From Candidatus Poribacteria bacterium (lineage in GTDB: Bacteria > Poribacteria > WGA-4E > PCPOR2b), in assembly GCA_965198175.1 (NCBI GenBank), contig OZ240245.1, positions 640,001 to 704,000 on the forward strand: a DNA stretch of 64,000 nt. The letters are read 5' to 3'. Under the pieces are notes generated by a model. It was not told the DNA's origin. It saw nothing but the letters and a program-made list of their open reading frames with translations, and searched no databases. Positions 28,683 through 38,143 of the stretch are shown here, piece by piece. The position numbers were made by a program, and so were the translations under genes. The stretch's first letter is position 1; each line of letters starts with the position of its first letter.

Positions 28683-29801
28683 TTATGATTCGCTGGTCAA
28701 TGCCAATTCCAACGCAAAATTCGTTATGGGTTTAGTCGCGTCTGACGAAACGTGGAACGTATCCTCCAACCGCGCTCCCCCTGTGCCAGGGACAGACAGT
28801 ACGGGGTGGCCAACCGTCACTGTCATGCCTTCTCGAATCTCAATGCTGGAATCACCGGGGTGAATGGTTGGGGCGGGGGTTTCTTCAAATCCTAGCCCGA
28901 TGCTATGGCTCATTCCCGACACATAGAACGCGCCATATCCCGCCTTGTCGAAGACCGTCTTTGCTGCTGTATCAATGTCACGAATCCGCGCTCCCGGTTT
29001 TAACGCTTGTATGCCGGCAGCTTGGGCATCTCTGTAGGTATTGAACAGCTCTTGCTGTTTCGTCGTTGGGTCGCCGACGACGAAGGTACGGCAAAGGTTC
29101 GCACAATATCCTCTGTAGCGTGGCACCAAATCAATTACGACCAAATCACCATCTTCGATTGGTTTGTCTGTCGCAGTACCGTGCAACCATCCGGAACGGA
29201 TTCCTGAGTTCACAAATACCGGCGTTGCGGTGCCGTGCCCCCCAGCTTTCCGCATCGCATACTCAATTTCGGCGGCGGCTCGGTTTTCTGTCACGCCCGG
29301 TTTAAGTGTATCTACCGCCGTTCTCATGCCGATGGCAGCGATTTCTCCAGCGCGACGCATGAGCGCTACCTCAGATTCATCCTTGACCATCCGGAGCTCA
29401 TCCATCACGGGTGCGATGTTTACGACCTTGACCTGTGGATTAGCTTTTTGAAATAGATTCAGCAGGAAAGCTGGCGTGGAGAACCACATCTGTACGCCAA
29501 TTGTTATCGTCTCCTTCCCGCCTGTCATTTGACGCATCACCTGAACGACATCTTTAATCTGTTGTCCGACGGAGCCGAAGATTCGGACATCTTCCACGCC
29601 GAGAATAGCCCGAACCTCCTCTTCCTCTCCGGTAAATGTTACGACTATTGGTGCACCTTGCGCAGGAATAATTGCCCGCGGCTGATAGCGGTCGTCGCCG
29701 AAGAAGTAGATGTAATCATCGTGCGTCAGAATGAGATACGCATCAATATTCTGCTCACGCATACGCGCTTGCGCACGTTGAAGCCTTTTCCGGTTAAGCA
29801 T
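28683..29801 (-). CDS. M24 (Xaa-Pro peptidase/creatinase-fold) protein with degenerate metal ligands
   Basis: Creatinase-N domain, LRMVKDESEV, WLHG, DLVVID...GYCANLCRT, SHSIGL, RLEDT. Confidence 0.8.
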   Translation of the reverse strand: MLNRKRLQRAQARMREQNIDAYLILTHDDYIYFFGDDRYQPRAIIPAQGAPIVVTFTGEEEEVRAILGVEDVRIFGSVGQQIKDVVQVMRQMTGGKETITIGVQMWFSTPAFLLNLFQKANPQVKVVNIAPVMDELRMVKDESEVALMRRAGEIAAIGMRTAVDTLKPGVTENRAAAEIEYAMRKAGGHGTATPVFVNSGIRSGWLHGTATDKPIEDGDLVVIDLVPRYRGYCANLCRTFVVGDPTTKQQELFNTYRDAQAAGIQALKPGARIRDIDTAAKTVFDKAGYGAFYVSGMSHSIGLGFEETPAPTIHPGDSSIEIREGMTVTVGHPVLSVPGTGGARLEDTFHVSSDATKPITNFALELALTSES

Positions 29802-29812
29802 GGTATTTCACC

Positions 29813-31669
29813 TTAATCATCACCTGTGACAACTTCTGCTGCCACAGGCGGGTGTGTCGCTTTTTTCTTGTCACCCCACAAACCGATCCAGAAGATAAAG
29901 CCTACCAGAGCGAAGAAAATCACCATAATAACAGCAATGACGTTAACGGCATCCGCAAGAAGGGGTGTAAATGCATCCGGAGAGGTGTCGGGCATCACGC
30001 CGAAAATATGCCACGCCTCTCGAAGTCCTGACCGCGCGTAGCCCATCAATCCCATCAGTGACGTAAAAGTGATGGCGAGTAGAATCAGCACGTACTGCGA
30101 CCGGTCCGTCATCTGTCCCCAGTTGATATCGCTTGAACGCATCGCTTTCCGATACATAATCAGGTCAATTACCGCTACCAATATCATGACCGCTAACGCG
30201 ATCAGCACTTGTACCGGCGTTAGAACATCAACGCGAAACTTAGTCTCAACTTTGAACCCTACAATCCCAATCGTAACAATCGCTGCGACAGCAAACCCGA
30301 AAATGGCTGCGATGATGATATTGCCCATTTTACGCCAACCCACCGTCGGCGCTTTACCGGATCGACGGTAAAACAGAAAGCTGATAAAAGTGGTCAAGAT
30401 GATGAGATTGACAACCGTATTTTTCGCCGTCATCAAGCCGAAATACCCAATCAGCGGGTGATTCGGTCCACCCATTGCAGCTTTCTCCCCGGAAGTCGCA
30501 ATCAAACTTCGCGGTGTCATCCAGACCGCGACGCAGATAACAATGATTACCACCATGTATGGACGAAAACGTGCATAAACTTCCCCGCCTTTGATGCGGG
30601 TCATTCCAGACCAGAGATAGTAATTGGCACCGATGAACAATACCCCAATCATCACCGCTTGAATAATGAACAGCCATGAAAACAAGCTGCCCATCATGTT
30701 GATGCCCATCGTGTTATTGAACTGATAGATTTCCCGTCCTAACCAATATCCGGCGAATGGCAGTGGAATTAGCCCACACAGTGCGATAAAGTTGCCCGTA
30801 TATCCCATCCAGTCGTAGTGCGCCTTTTCCTCTTGCGTTTTGGCGACCAAAAAGCGAAAGGCAGCGTAGGCGCCGACGATTGCACCGCCGAAAGCTACAT
30901 TTCCAATGAGACGGTGGATGTTTACGGGCATCCATGTGTAGTTATTGACTGCCTGCCACAGTGTACCGATGAATTCGCCCGTTTCTTCGTCATGGAGGGG
31001 AATCGCCTTGTGGTCTGGCTTTGGACCCATAATCGCTGGGCTTGTTTGATATGTCAGCCACGCATTTGAGACGAACATAATCGCCGTACCGAACACGTTC
31101 AACAGCACACCGAGAAACAGATGCCACATCTTTGATACCTTGCCCTGCATCCGATCCCACCCGTAGGAGTAGAGATAGAGCGTAAAGGTCTCGCCGAAGA
31201 ACAAGAAGACGTAGAAAATCATCGTCGGTCCGAAGATTCCCGTCATTTTGTTCATCACTTTGGGGTAGCACCAAATGAGCACGAAAACTAACACACCGCC
31301 CATCAGTGCAGTCGTTGAGAACGCGCCCATGCAGAGTTTGATGAACTCCTTCGCCATCTTATCATATCGTTTGTCCTTCGTTTTCATCCCGACAAATTCA
31401 ATGACCACCGCGAACATCGGCACACCCAAAATGAAGGACCCGAACAACAGATGTAGCTGGGCGGCGATCCACGCAGCGTTGCGGCTGCCAATCTTCGGGA
31501 AGACGCGGTATTCCGTGTCGGTCACATCTTGGGTGAAGGCAGCAGGGGCAACCGCCAAGAACAGATAGATGACAAGCAGTCCGAGAAAAAGGACTAGCTT
31601 GTCTTTGGAGTTGTTCGGTATAGAACGCATAATCGTGTGTCTCGCAATCTTGACGGACGAATCGAGCAT
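29813..31669 (-). CDS. Cytochrome bd-like oxidoreductase subunit (CydA-like, Nitrospira/anammox type)
   Basis: Many TMs. AQLHLLFGSFILGVP, FFGETF, NIHRLIGN and MGLMGYARSGLREAWHI align with the CydA His, Glu, His and GRQPW regions. No cydB nearby. Start could be 31630. Confidence 0.8.
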   Translation of the reverse strand: MLDSSVKIARHTIMRSIPNNSKDKLVLFLGLLVIYLFLAVAPAAFTQDVTDTEYRVFPKIGSRNAAWIAAQLHLLFGSFILGVPMFAVVIEFVGMKTKDKRYDKMAKEFIKLCMGAFSTTALMGGVLVFVLIWCYPKVMNKMTGIFGPTMIFYVFLFFGETFTLYLYSYGWDRMQGKVSKMWHLFLGVLLNVFGTAIMFVSNAWLTYQTSPAIMGPKPDHKAIPLHDEETGEFIGTLWQAVNNYTWMPVNIHRLIGNVAFGGAIVGAYAAFRFLVAKTQEEKAHYDWMGYTGNFIALCGLIPLPFAGYWLGREIYQFNNTMGINMMGSLFSWLFIIQAVMIGVLFIGANYYLWSGMTRIKGGEVYARFRPYMVVIIVICVAVWMTPRSLIATSGEKAAMGGPNHPLIGYFGLMTAKNTVVNLIILTTFISFLFYRRSGKAPTVGWRKMGNIIIAAIFGFAVAAIVTIGIVGFKVETKFRVDVLTPVQVLIALAVMILVAVIDLIMYRKAMRSSDINWGQMTDRSQYVLILLAITFTSLMGLMGYARSGLREAWHIFGVMPDTSPDAFTPLLADAVNVIAVIMVIFFALVGFIFWIGLWGDKKKATHPPVAAEVVTGDD

Positions 31670-31705
31670 TGTTCGCGGCGTCTCGTCAGGCGTTGACTCA
31701 GTGGG

Positions 31706-32467
31706 TTATTTCGCGGCTTTCTTCTTGAAATCAGCGCTCGTAAAATTGACTTGAAGGTCTCCGCTGTCAGAAACTTCAATAGTCTTGGCTTTTGTTGTGC
31801 CGAGCTCCTCGTGCCACGCTTGGATGCGATATTTGCCCGCAGGAACGTCTTTAATTGTGTATGCTCCCTTATCGCTCGAAGCTTCATAACTGTCGGAGCT
31901 GATCCACTCGCCCTTAGCGTCCTTATACCCCGTCGCGGCATAGTAGTCATTGTCTACCACAAAGATATATCCCGTCATCCAATTGTGGATGTCGCATGTA
32001 AATTTAATTGCCTCGCGCTTTACTAACTTCAAAGGTAGAAATTTCCCGGCAACAGGTATCTGCCAATTCACCGCCTCATTCTTCATGGCATGAGAATGGA
32101 CGTTATGTGCAACCGGGTCGCTGGACGTTACATCCACTGTGGTCCCTTCAGTTACAACGAGGACATGCGGGTAATACATACAGTTGACCTGATCCATTAC
32201 CGGGTTTTTGGCAAGCGGTTTGGGCTTCGCCCTTCGCGCCCGTAAATAGACAACGACGTTCTTAATTCCTTTACCTTTGGAGACGACAAGGGCTTCGGAT
32301 TTACCATTTGCGAGGGCATCAATGCAGTGCTGGTCTTTGGCCGCTTTCATCGCCGGGCGCGCCGGCGCATCCCCGTCATACATAACAGTCCCGGCGATGG
32401 TGCCAGCATAAGTGAGCCTTGCGATGAGTATAAAACTGAGTACGGTCAGGGTCGTTGCGGTTTTCAT
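31706..32467 (-). CDS. Exported cupredoxin-like / carboxypeptidase-regulatory-like domain protein (paralog 1)
   Basis: Signal peptide, MDQVNCMYYPHV, HNVH...TCDIHNWM, DVPAGKY...WHE. Confidence 0.75.
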   Translation of the reverse strand: MKTATTLTVLSFILIARLTYAGTIAGTVMYDGDAPARPAMKAAKDQHCIDALANGKSEALVVSKGKGIKNVVVYLRARRAKPKPLAKNPVMDQVNCMYYPHVLVVTEGTTVDVTSSDPVAHNVHSHAMKNEAVNWQIPVAGKFLPLKLVKREAIKFTCDIHNWMTGYIFVVDNDYYAATGYKDAKGEWISSDSYEASSDKGAYTIKDVPAGKYRIQAWHEELGTTKAKTIEVSDSGDLQVNFTSADFKKKAAK

Positions 32468-32523
32468 GATCTTAACCTATCCTTTCTTTGTTGGCATGCA
32501 ATAATGAAACTTCTTATACATTT

Positions 32524-32586
32524 ATGATAGCAGCACACGAAACGGAGAATCAAGAGCGAAAAAGAAGAACTCACGGATATCCGTGA
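32524..32586 (-). promoter_or_regulatory. Sigma70 promoter plus 16-bp palindromic operator upstream of the bd-like operon
   Basis: Minus strand TCACGGATATCCGTGA (32571-32586)-N17-TTGATT-N18-TATCAT, with TGn extended -10. Confidence 0.7.
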
Positions 32587-32599
32587 TACTCGGTTTAAG

Positions 32600-32989
32600 T
32601 CAATCATGTGTCAGAGCTGGTCGGAAATTCTCTTTGATGAAATCGAGAAGTTCTCGCTGTTCTTCATGCGTTAGATAGTAGAAAAACGCCGGCATGTCAT
32701 CCTTGCCGGCGTCAATGCTATGAATAAGTTTTTCGTCGCTGCGGCCTTCCCAAAAATCGGCCGTCGTCAAATTCGCGGGTTCCAACTTTTTGAACCGTCC
32801 AATCCGCCCATTACCTTCACCGTTGGCACCGTGACAGCCGGCACAATATCTCGCGTAATTGTACTCAACTTTAGAGCTATATCGCGTACTTGGATCCACT
32901 GCCCGACACAGCCAAATCAGCAAACTCATGCTGGCGGCAAATATCCCAACGATTATCAGTAAGTGTCGCATCATGGGCCTCAACATCAC
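32600..32989 (-). CDS. Monoheme cytochrome c (class I, TM-anchored)
   Basis: TM, CAGCHG, PANL, DMPAF. Confidence 0.88.
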   Translation of the reverse strand: MMLRPMMRHLLIIVGIFAASMSLLIWLCRAVDPSTRYSSKVEYNYARYCAGCHGANGEGNGRIGRFKKLEPANLTTADFWEGRSDEKLIHSIDAGKDDMPAFFYYLTHEEQRELLDFIKENFRPALTHD

Positions 32990-35900
32990 TCCCCCAACGA
33001 CAGGAGATAATCTCTGACCAACCGAATCTGTTGTTCGGCGTCATTGATGGCGAAACCGTCAACAGGTTGATGCACGCCGCCAATCTTCGGCCAAGCCTGA
33101 GGCATCGCTGTACCCGGTTGGAAAGATGCCGGATCTTTCATCCAGTCGATTAGCCAATCTTCCTTGAGACGACCCTTAGCAAGAGAAAGGTCGGGTCGAC
33201 CGGTCTTATCACTCCCCGCCGGGATAACCTCACCTTGCTCTGGGTGACATGATATGCATTGCAAGGAGTCAAAGATCTGTTCCCCGACTTTTAGATTTGC
33301 TTGCGTCATTGGAGTCAATGTAATGGTTTCATAAGGGAAAGGTTCGTCCGAAAGCGCTGAGAAATACTGAACAAGCGCAGTGGTATCTTCATCCGAGAAT
33401 CCAAAGGTCGGCATGCGGACATCAAGACCGTAGCGAATCGGCGTTGGATTCTTCAAGAAACTAAACAGCCAGTCCGGGTGAACCTTTGCTCCCTCCGCTC
33501 GCAGTGTCGGTGGCGCGAACTGTTTCGCTTGATTCAAATCGAGGTCTTCGCGTCGGTCAGCAATGACCTCAACGAATTCCCCACCCTTCGCTTCAATCTC
33601 GTGGCATCCTTTGCAATTGTATTCCTTGACCAACCGACGCCCGGTATCGACCCAGCGAATCCTCTCACTCGGCTGGTGGATATAACTCAGCGGGTACTTT
33701 TGGGCTTGGAAACTCTTAAGCAAAACCGCCAGTGCGCGTGCGTCTTCCTCGTCAATCGGAAACACCGGCATACGCTGGATAATGCGGCGCGTTTGATACC
33801 GCCTGGGCTGGGTGAGTTTGCCGAGTGTCCAGCCGTGCCAACTGTGTTCAATACCTATGGTATCTCCAAAATCGAATTCGTCAACGGTCTTAGATCCAAA
33901 AGCACTGAGCTCTGCACCAACCTTCGGTTCATTTTCGAAGCCGGGAATATTATGGCAACCCAAGCACCCGTAAAGCCGAACTAGTTTCTCACCTTCTTCC
34001 GAATCAATCTCCTCGACAAGATTTCCGTAAGAAGCGGTAGTAATCTTCGAAGAAGGAACCGTCGCGGATTTCAGTGCCATCAAATAGGCGACAACATTAT
34101 CGACCTCCGTATCGCTCAGACGCAGGTCTGGCATGACAGTATCAGCGTCATATGACTTCGGATCGTCAACCCACTGGCGGAGGAAATTGGGGGTAACTTT
34201 ACTGCCGACATCATCGAGCTTGGGCGCGAAATCGCTGCCCAAGCCGTCAACAGCGTGACAAGCAAGACACCCGACCGATTTGACAGTTGCCTCACCCGCA
34301 GCAACTGCTTCTGGTGATGGCGAATAGCTCGGTTCAATTTCATCAATCAAGGAGTCCGTCTGCTGTTCAAGGAAGGCTGCGATAGATTTAACGACATCGA
34401 CAACCTTATTAACTTCGTCCTCTCGGTGGGAATATTCAGTCCCATCATCTGTCCGAACAATGATCATGCCCTCCTCACTTCTGACTACGCCTTCGCGCTT
34501 CACACCGTTTTTCAGATAAACCAATTTCGTCATCTCTTCTGTCGGGAAGAAAACGGGCATCTTGGTATCAGGCAGATACGAACGCGGCTGTTTAAGCCAA
34601 TCCACGAGCCATTCTATTCCGTTCACCTTACTGCCAACTTTGGCGAGCGAAGGACCAACTTTCGCCAATTTATCTAGCGCAGGGTAGCCTTCAACGGAGT
34701 GACAGCCGTGGCAACCCAAATCTTCAAATAGCGCCATCCCTTTCGAGAGATTGGGCGCATAATCTCGTGTTTCCCCTGTTTCGGGAGGAGGGGATGGAAA
34801 ATCCAACATCATCACTTCGTTATGACAACGGCGACAGTTGGTATACAGATAACCGTGGAGATTGGATCGCTTCTCTTCCAGCTCTTTTTCAAGGCCCGCG
34901 ATTTTGTGTTCATCCGCTCGTTTGCCTTTCTTTCTTTCTCGCGACAACCGCTCTGAAAGTTCACTGGTATGCTCATCCAAGCCGAGAACAGGCGTAAGCC
35001 AAAACTCCTCATGCGTCAAAGCGTGAGCCGATTGTGCCGTAAGGGCTTGCCCTTGGCCGCCGTGACACGGGGTACAGCCAAATCTCTCTACAGGATGGTT
35101 ACCAAGAAGCACATCTCGGTGAGGATGGGTTCGCAGTACAGCGTCATAGCCGGTCTCATATTCGATTTCCACTTCCGCTCCAAAATCGACAATATCAGGG
35201 TCCTCAAAAGTAATCAAACCGTTTTCGCTCAGGATGTACTGATCGCTTTCTGCCTCCTCATCATCAATCAGAACTTTCTCGCTGCCAACTTTCACAAGTG
35301 GGTGCATCAATTGCTTAGAAGGCTTCTGCCCTTCATCGCCGCCTTCAACCTCAAATGTTTCCGTGGCGAGATGGTCATAGCCGCTTCGGTCCACCGCAAA
35401 ATGGCATGTTGCACAACGATCCGCCGTATACTCAAAGTCCTCCAGATAGTATTGAACCAGTGCTCGCGTTTTATGGAATGGACTTTCCAACAGACTTCCC
35501 CAGAAACTTCGCTTGAGGGGGGACAATGAGAAAAGCTTCTCTTCGATTTTCTCAAATTCTGCTTCTGCAATTCTATCTTTTCGTAGGGCATCGACTTGGA
35601 TACGGAGATCGTTAATTTGCGGCGGCAAGGATTCGGATCTGGGGTCGTATTTCTGGACGAGTAATAACTGACTCAATGCCTCTTCCATGTGTCCGCTGGC
35701 TTCATAAAATGATGCAGAATCGCGATAGGCATCAGCTAGTGCCTGTTCAGCGGCGACCATATCTTGTGTTAGTTTGCCCTCAATTTGTCTGTCAAATTCG
35801 TCTAGTCGCTTTTTCCATTTGTCAACCTCTGGATCGCTCTTATCTCCTGTCTCATGTTTCGCTTTCGCATGATGCAAAGCAATTTGATATTTGTAGTTAA

Positions 35901-36240
35901 TTGCGTCCGCCTCGCTCTGAAGAAACTTGCGTTCTTGCAAAGCTTCGTCAAGATTTATTGTTGCATCGCTGATATTCTGTTCAAGTTTGTTCAAGCGCTT
36001 AGAGTCAAGGGGCTTTGAAGTTTCTATTTCTGGCAGATCCTGTTTAGCTCCTTCAAGTGCAATTTTCGTCTTTTCGTATTCATATTGATAGAACCGTTGC
36101 TGAATCGCTTTCCACGGTCGCCTAGTAATCGCTTCATTCCAGAAGCCCCACAGAGTCACAAACCCTAATAGAGCGGAAAGGATAAAAAATAAAGCTGCAT
36201 ACGATTTTTCTTCGACAGGGAATTCCTTTTTGCGTCTCAC
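32986..36240 (-). CDS. Octaheme cytochrome c subunit of the Rieske/cytochrome b complex
   Basis: N-terminal TM, long coiled coil, and 8 CxxCH motifs (CATCH, CTPCH, CRRCH, CHGCH, CLACH, CLGCH, CKGCH, CISCH). The last five are class-I-like with MP motifs. Confidence 0.88.
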   Translation of the reverse strand: MRRKKEFPVEEKSYAALFFILSALLGFVTLWGFWNEAITRRPWKAIQQRFYQYEYEKTKIALEGAKQDLPEIETSKPLDSKRLNKLEQNISDATINLDEALQERKFLQSEADAINYKYQIALHHAKAKHETGDKSDPEVDKWKKRLDEFDRQIEGKLTQDMVAAEQALADAYRDSASFYEASGHMEEALSQLLLVQKYDPRSESLPPQINDLRIQVDALRKDRIAEAEFEKIEEKLFSLSPLKRSFWGSLLESPFHKTRALVQYYLEDFEYTADRCATCHFAVDRSGYDHLATETFEVEGGDEGQKPSKQLMHPLVKVGSEKVLIDDEEAESDQYILSENGLITFEDPDIVDFGAEVEIEYETGYDAVLRTHPHRDVLLGNHPVERFGCTPCHGGQGQALTAQSAHALTHEEFWLTPVLGLDEHTSELSERLSRERKKGKRADEHKIAGLEKELEEKRSNLHGYLYTNCRRCHNEVMMLDFPSPPPETGETRDYAPNLSKGMALFEDLGCHGCHSVEGYPALDKLAKVGPSLAKVGSKVNGIEWLVDWLKQPRSYLPDTKMPVFFPTEEMTKLVYLKNGVKREGVVRSEEGMIIVRTDDGTEYSHREDEVNKVVDVVKSIAAFLEQQTDSLIDEIEPSYSPSPEAVAAGEATVKSVGCLACHAVDGLGSDFAPKLDDVGSKVTPNFLRQWVDDPKSYDADTVMPDLRLSDTEVDNVVAYLMALKSATVPSSKITTASYGNLVEEIDSEEGEKLVRLYGCLGCHNIPGFENEPKVGAELSAFGSKTVDEFDFGDTIGIEHSWHGWTLGKLTQPRRYQTRRIIQRMPVFPIDEEDARALAVLLKSFQAQKYPLSYIHQPSERIRWVDTGRRLVKEYNCKGCHEIEAKGGEFVEVIADRREDLDLNQAKQFAPPTLRAEGAKVHPDWLFSFLKNPTPIRYGLDVRMPTFGFSDEDTTALVQYFSALSDEPFPYETITLTPMTQANLKVGEQIFDSLQCISCHPEQGEVIPAGSDKTGRPDLSLAKGRLKEDWLIDWMKDPASFQPGTAMPQAWPKIGGVHQPVDGFAINDAEQQIRLVRDYLLSLGE

Positions 36241-36341
36241 GAACCAGTTGACCTCCTTATCCTAATTCGATATTAGGCGCGGGGCACAAAATTATCTAAA
36301 CAATTATGTAATTCCTAGCACCTAGGACCCGGAGCCCGATC

Positions 36342-37208
36342 CTAGATATTGAACCATGGAGAAACCCAGATATATTTTATATTCCAAACCCAGCGGAGAA
36401 TCATTTTAATCGGTAATGCCATCATGGTCAGAAACAAAAATGAGACAACAATATACCGTATCAATCCGAGTTCCTGTAGGAATCGACTTGTCCTTCTCTT
36501 CCAGAAGTAAAGGAGCGGACCCAGTGAAAAGTAGCCCGCGACAACAATGAATCCGAAGATGTTAGCCGTTCGGTCACCTCGGATGCCAATTTTATAGGAC
36601 AGGTTGACGTTGGTTAGCGGTACAACTTTGTGCGGGTCCCATTCTGTCCACGGTGCGAAAAAGTTCCAACCGGGACCCCTCAGGAAAGTACCGACAACCA
36701 TCATGACAATCCACAGCATAAAAAATCCGAAACAGAAGGTAGCAATCGCAAACGGTCGTTCTTTAAGCGTATAGTATCCCTTACCTTTGGGGTTGATATC
36801 TATATATGGAATAGCGATGAGGCCAGCGATAATCAAGCCTGGCAGCACCACCCCCGCGATCCATGGATCGTAATACACTAACATCTCTTGCAGTGCCAGA
36901 AAATACCAGGGAGCTTTGGAAGGATTTGGGGTCTTTGCCGGATCGCTCTGCTCCTCCAGCGGCGCGTCCAGCGTAATCGACCATACACCGAGAATCAACA
37001 TCACAATCATTGCGCAGATAAATTCAGTTCGACAAAGGTAAGGCCAAACGTAGACCTTATCTTTAAGCGCCGCTTCAGCGGGTGTTCCGGCTCGGTCGTT
37101 CCTGCGTCCCTGGCTAAATGCAAGCCATGTAAAAAATGGCAGGAGGAATATAATCGCAACAATTGGAACGTTATCAGGCTTACTAACAAGCACAAGGAAA
37201 TGTTCCAT
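36342..37208 (-). CDS. Cytochrome b subunit IV (PetD/QcrC-like C-terminal half)
   Basis: VWPYL, APLEEQSDPAKTPNPSKAPWYFL (PEWY-equivalent), PYID, ERPFA. Confidence 0.88.
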   Translation of the reverse strand: MEHFLVLVSKPDNVPIVAIIFLLPFFTWLAFSQGRRNDRAGTPAEAALKDKVYVWPYLCRTEFICAMIVMLILGVWSITLDAPLEEQSDPAKTPNPSKAPWYFLALQEMLVYYDPWIAGVVLPGLIIAGLIAIPYIDINPKGKGYYTLKERPFAIATFCFGFFMLWIVMMVVGTFLRGPGWNFFAPWTEWDPHKVVPLTNVNLSYKIGIRGDRTANIFGFIVVAGYFSLGPLLYFWKRRTSRFLQELGLIRYIVVSFLFLTMMALPIKMILRWVWNIKYIWVSPWFNI

Positions 37209-37254
37209 AGCCTTTACCTCTCTACATTACGACTGGATTGAGACAGGTGGATTA

Positions 37255-38025
37255 TTACAGAGGACCGGAAATACCGCCATCTTTGCGGACACGCCAAAAA
37301 TGCAGAGCCATCAGCACGCTGGCTAAAATCGGGACAGCCACACAGTGTAAAATATAAAACCGCAATAACGTCGGATCGCTTACCATCGTCCCACCGAGGA
37401 GAGCGAAGCGAACATCATTGGACTGCGTGATAGCTTGCGGAACGAACGGTCCCTCGTGTCCCAGGACCGGTGTAGCGCGCGCCATATTCGTGCCGACTGT
37501 TACTGCCCATAGTGCGAGCTGATCCCAAGGCAGCAAATAACCGGTAAAGCTGAGAAAGAGCGTGACAACCAGCAGGATAACGCCAACCGCCCAATTAAAT
37601 TCACGCGGTTTTTTGTAAGACCCTGTTAGGAAAACGCGGAACATGTGAAGCATCACGGCGATAACCATACCGTGTGCCGCCCAGCGGTGCATATTCCGAA
37701 GCAGCATCCCGAATGGAATATCGAATTCGAGGTACTGGAGGTCTCGATATGCATATTCACCTGTGGGGCGATAGTAAAACATGAGTAATACACCCGTCAC
37801 TGCGGTGACAAGGAACATCAAGAAGGTAATTCCGCCCATGCACCATGTAAATCGAAAGTTGATTCCATGTCGCGGCACACGAGGCGGATGCAAATGTAGC
37901 CAGACATTCTGGAGAATTTGGAGGGTATATCGCCTCCCAGTTTTTTCGTAGCCGTGGCGAAACATGGAACGCCAAATCTGGGAATTTGTTATCTTTTCCT
38001 TAAGTCCGTTACGTCTTTCTTCCAT
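37255..38025 (-). CDS. qcrB: Cytochrome b6-type N-terminal subunit
   Basis: FTWCMGG (heme ci Cys), MHRWAAH..MLHM, PREFNW, GYLLPWDQ, ILHC...ALHF. Confidence 0.93.
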   Translation of the reverse strand: MEERRNGLKEKITNSQIWRSMFRHGYEKTGRRYTLQILQNVWLHLHPPRVPRHGINFRFTWCMGGITFLMFLVTAVTGVLLMFYYRPTGEYAYRDLQYLEFDIPFGMLLRNMHRWAAHGMVIAVMLHMFRVFLTGSYKKPREFNWAVGVILLVVTLFLSFTGYLLPWDQLALWAVTVGTNMARATPVLGHEGPFVPQAITQSNDVRFALLGGTMVSDPTLLRFYILHCVAVPILASVLMALHFWRVRKDGGISGPL

Positions 38026-38143
38026 AAGAAATTAGCAGCAACTGCCTGAACAGGATTTCACCACAGTCCTGCCTGGCGAAACTGGATAACCCCTTTCTTT
38101 AATCAAATATAATCTCAATAATCTCGCAGTTCAACAAATTCAA

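Noticed and set aside
24468..31669. Calling this a nitrite oxidoreductase (NXR) or nitrate reductase locus
   Set aside because: No molybdopterin alpha or Fe-S beta subunit is in the window, only accessory-like genes.
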